58,878 nucleotides of DNA, from positions 1-58,878 of the IMG/VR virus record IMGVR_UViG_3300032242_000714, one strand, 5' to 3'. A program made the position numbers and the translations under genes. The notes below the pieces were generated by a model, which did not search any database, had not been told where the DNA came from, and was given only the letters and a program-made list of their open reading frames with translations. Positions within the stretch are counted from its first letter, which is position 1; each line of letters begins with the position of its first letter. The DNA is from a virus. Taxonomy: Duplodnaviria; Caudoviricetes. Positions 57,338 to 58,878 of this stretch are shown in pieces.

Positions 57338-58072
57338 ATGCAAGACCTACTCAAAGATATCGTAAGCCATACTCACAATTTAGGCTTTTTAAATGTCGTT
57401 AAAATTACCGGCGATGAAGAATCCACCAAGATCGATTCAATGGCCGATGACCGTACTGTTATCATGTACGCAAAGACCGCTAATCCATATCCCGATATGA
57501 TTGGTACATTTGGCATGCCACAACTTAACAAATTGAAATATTTGTTAGATGGTGCTGAATACAAGGAAGGTGCTACTATTGAGATTGTTCAAGAAGATCG
57601 CAATGGTGAAACTATTCCAACAGGTATTCACTTTGAAAACAAAGACGGCGACTTCAAGAATGATTATCGTTTTATGAATGTTGCTCAAATCAATGAGAAA
57701 CTAAAAACTGTTAAATTCAACGGTGTTAAGTGGGACGTAACTATTCAACCTTCACTACAGTCTGTACAACGTTTTGCTTTCCAAGCAGGTGCTAATAGTG
57801 AGCACATTTCTTTTACTGCTAAAACAGATGGCGACAAATTAAAATTTACATTTGGCGATCAAGCCAGCCACGCAGGTGAGTTTATTTTTGCTACAGGTGT
57901 GACAGGCAAACTAAGCAAAGCATGGGCTTGGCCAGTTGCTCCAGTATTGAGCATTTTAAAAATTGCCGATGTTGGTAATGCTACTATGAGTCTAAGTGAT
58001 AATGGTGCTCTCCGTATTACTATTGACAGCGGGTTGGTACAATACGAATACATTATTCCAGCAGGTGCTTGA
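57338..58072 (+). CDS. Probable DNA sliding clamp (gp45/PCNA-like)
   Basis: 244 aa (clamp-sized), two-lobed pattern, PCNA-like C-terminus GALRITIDSGLVQYEYIIPA, adjacent to polymerase. Confidence 0.6.
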   Translation: MQDLLKDIVSHTHNLGFLNVVKITGDEESTKIDSMADDRTVIMYAKTANPYPDMIGTFGMPQLNKLKYLLDGAEYKEGATIEIVQEDRNGETIPTGIHFENKDGDFKNDYRFMNVAQINEKLKTVKFNGVKWDVTIQPSLQSVQRFAFQAGANSEHISFTAKTDGDKLKFTFGDQASHAGEFIFATGVTGKLSKAWAWPVAPVLSILKIADVGNATMSLSDNGALRITIDSGLVQYEYIIPAGA

Positions 58073-58076
58073 TGAC

Positions 58077-58878
58077 ATGACAAAACCACCAGTTAACCTA
58101 ACCCCATTACAGAAAGACTATGCTGTATATTTGCCAGCAATTAGTTCATTCTATTCTACATATATTGCTAAACAACGTTTAGAAGAATTTGTTCCTAACG
58201 ATCGTATTCCTGCAGGGTTTGATCGCGGCATCGAAGGAATGAACTTTTTAAATCCCGAACAAGGATATTTTACATACAAATATGGATTGTATTCAGCAGG
58301 TCATGCACAGTTAGATCTTAATAAATCTCTAACTCAAGAGTCTATGATTCAACAACGTGATCGTAGTAATACAATGATCCTCGGCGACTCAGGTGGATAC
58401 CAGATTGGTAAAGGTGTTCTTAAATTTGATTGGTTAGACTTTGAGGGTCCTAGTGCTAACAAAACACGTCAACAAATTTTAGAGTGGCTTGAATTAACCG
58501 CTGACTGGTCGATGATGCTAGACGTTCCAACATGGGCATGTGATCATATACACAGCCCTAAAACAGGACTAAAAACATTTGAAGACTGTTTAGAAAAAAC
58601 TCGGTTTAACAACAAGTATTTCTTAGATAACCGATTAGGTCAAACTAAGTGGCTTAATGTGCTACAAGGTTCAGATTGGGAAACTGCTGAGAAGTGGTAT
58701 AACGGAGTTAAAGAATTTAGTGACTCAAAAGGTCCTTATGCTGGTAGAGAAGCAGAAGGCTGGGCCTTTGGTGGTGCTAATATGTGTAAAATGGATATCA
58801 CTCTCAAGCGTCTAATGACCATGAGGGAAGAAGGTTTGCTAACAGGCAAAAACTGGATCCACTTCTTGGGTACAGCAC
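58077..58878 (+). CDS. tRNA-guanine transglycosylase-fold protein (DpdA-like deazaguanine DNA transglycosylase), runs off the window; missing from ORF track
   Basis: Hand translation shows TGT motifs LGDSGGYQ, MMLDVP, NVLQG, GWAFGG and IHFLG in order. Confidence 0.82.
   Translation, partial: MTKPPVNLTPLQKDYAVYLPAISSFYSTYIAKQRLEEFVPNDRIPAGFDRGIEGMNFLNPEQGYFTYKYGLYSAGHAQLDLNKSLTQESMIQQRDRSNTMILGDSGGYQIGKGVLKFDWLDFEGPSANKTRQQILEWLELTADWSMMLDVPTWACDHIHSPKTGLKTFEDCLEKTRFNNKYFLDNRLGQTKWLNVLQGSDWETAEKWYNGVKEFSDSKGPYAGREAEGWAFGGANMCKMDITLKRLMTMREEGLLTGKNWIHFLGTA

Noticed and set aside
1-58878. Alternative genetic code (stop-codon reassignment), as in some jumbo phages
   Set aside because: Conserved genes are full length in the standard code, and TAA, TGA and TAG all end genes at sensible positions

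Overview
This window is a gene-dense, AT-rich segment of a large lytic dsDNA tailed phage (T4-like or jumbo myovirus style). It is almost entirely on the + strand and uses the standard genetic code. The spanin-like genes, PbpG-like peptidase and ClpA point to a Gram-negative host. The order is: (1) early/accessory genes with ClpP, a PBP7-like endopeptidase, QueD, a cupin, UDP-glucuronate decarboxylase, UvsE and SOD (1-11.1 kb); (2) a virion-structure block with a 2108-aa fibre/baseplate protein, an Ig-like protein, two Gly-Ala-Thr collagen-like fibres, an S8 protease and two paralogous fibre proteins (11.2-31.7 kb); (3) a DnaE fragment, GroES, a cytidylyltransferase, the clamp loader and PhoH; (4) an extended lysis/envelope module with spanin-like proteins and a GH19 endolysin; (5) dnaJ-def-clpA; (6) a cluster of putative head-packaged, Glu-cleaved internal polyproteins carrying two PolX/Pol-beta-type nucleotidyltransferases, a HIGH-type nucleotidyltransferase and a sigma-70 region-4 domain; (7) a DsbA-like protein, family-B DNA polymerase, a sliding clamp and a TGT/DpdA-like gene cut off by the window edge. 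Two promoter classes are visible: sigma70 TTGACN-17-TATAAT and a late TAAATA motif. The most interesting signals are a preQ1-I-like pseudoknot leader on queD linked to a DpdA-type deazaguanine DNA-modification pathway, the injected-polyprotein/nucleotidyltransferase cluster, twin hairpins with near-identical loops before the DNA polymerase gene, and hairpins that hide ribosome-binding sites but contain late promoters. All functional calls come from motif recognition by eye; no database searches were run.
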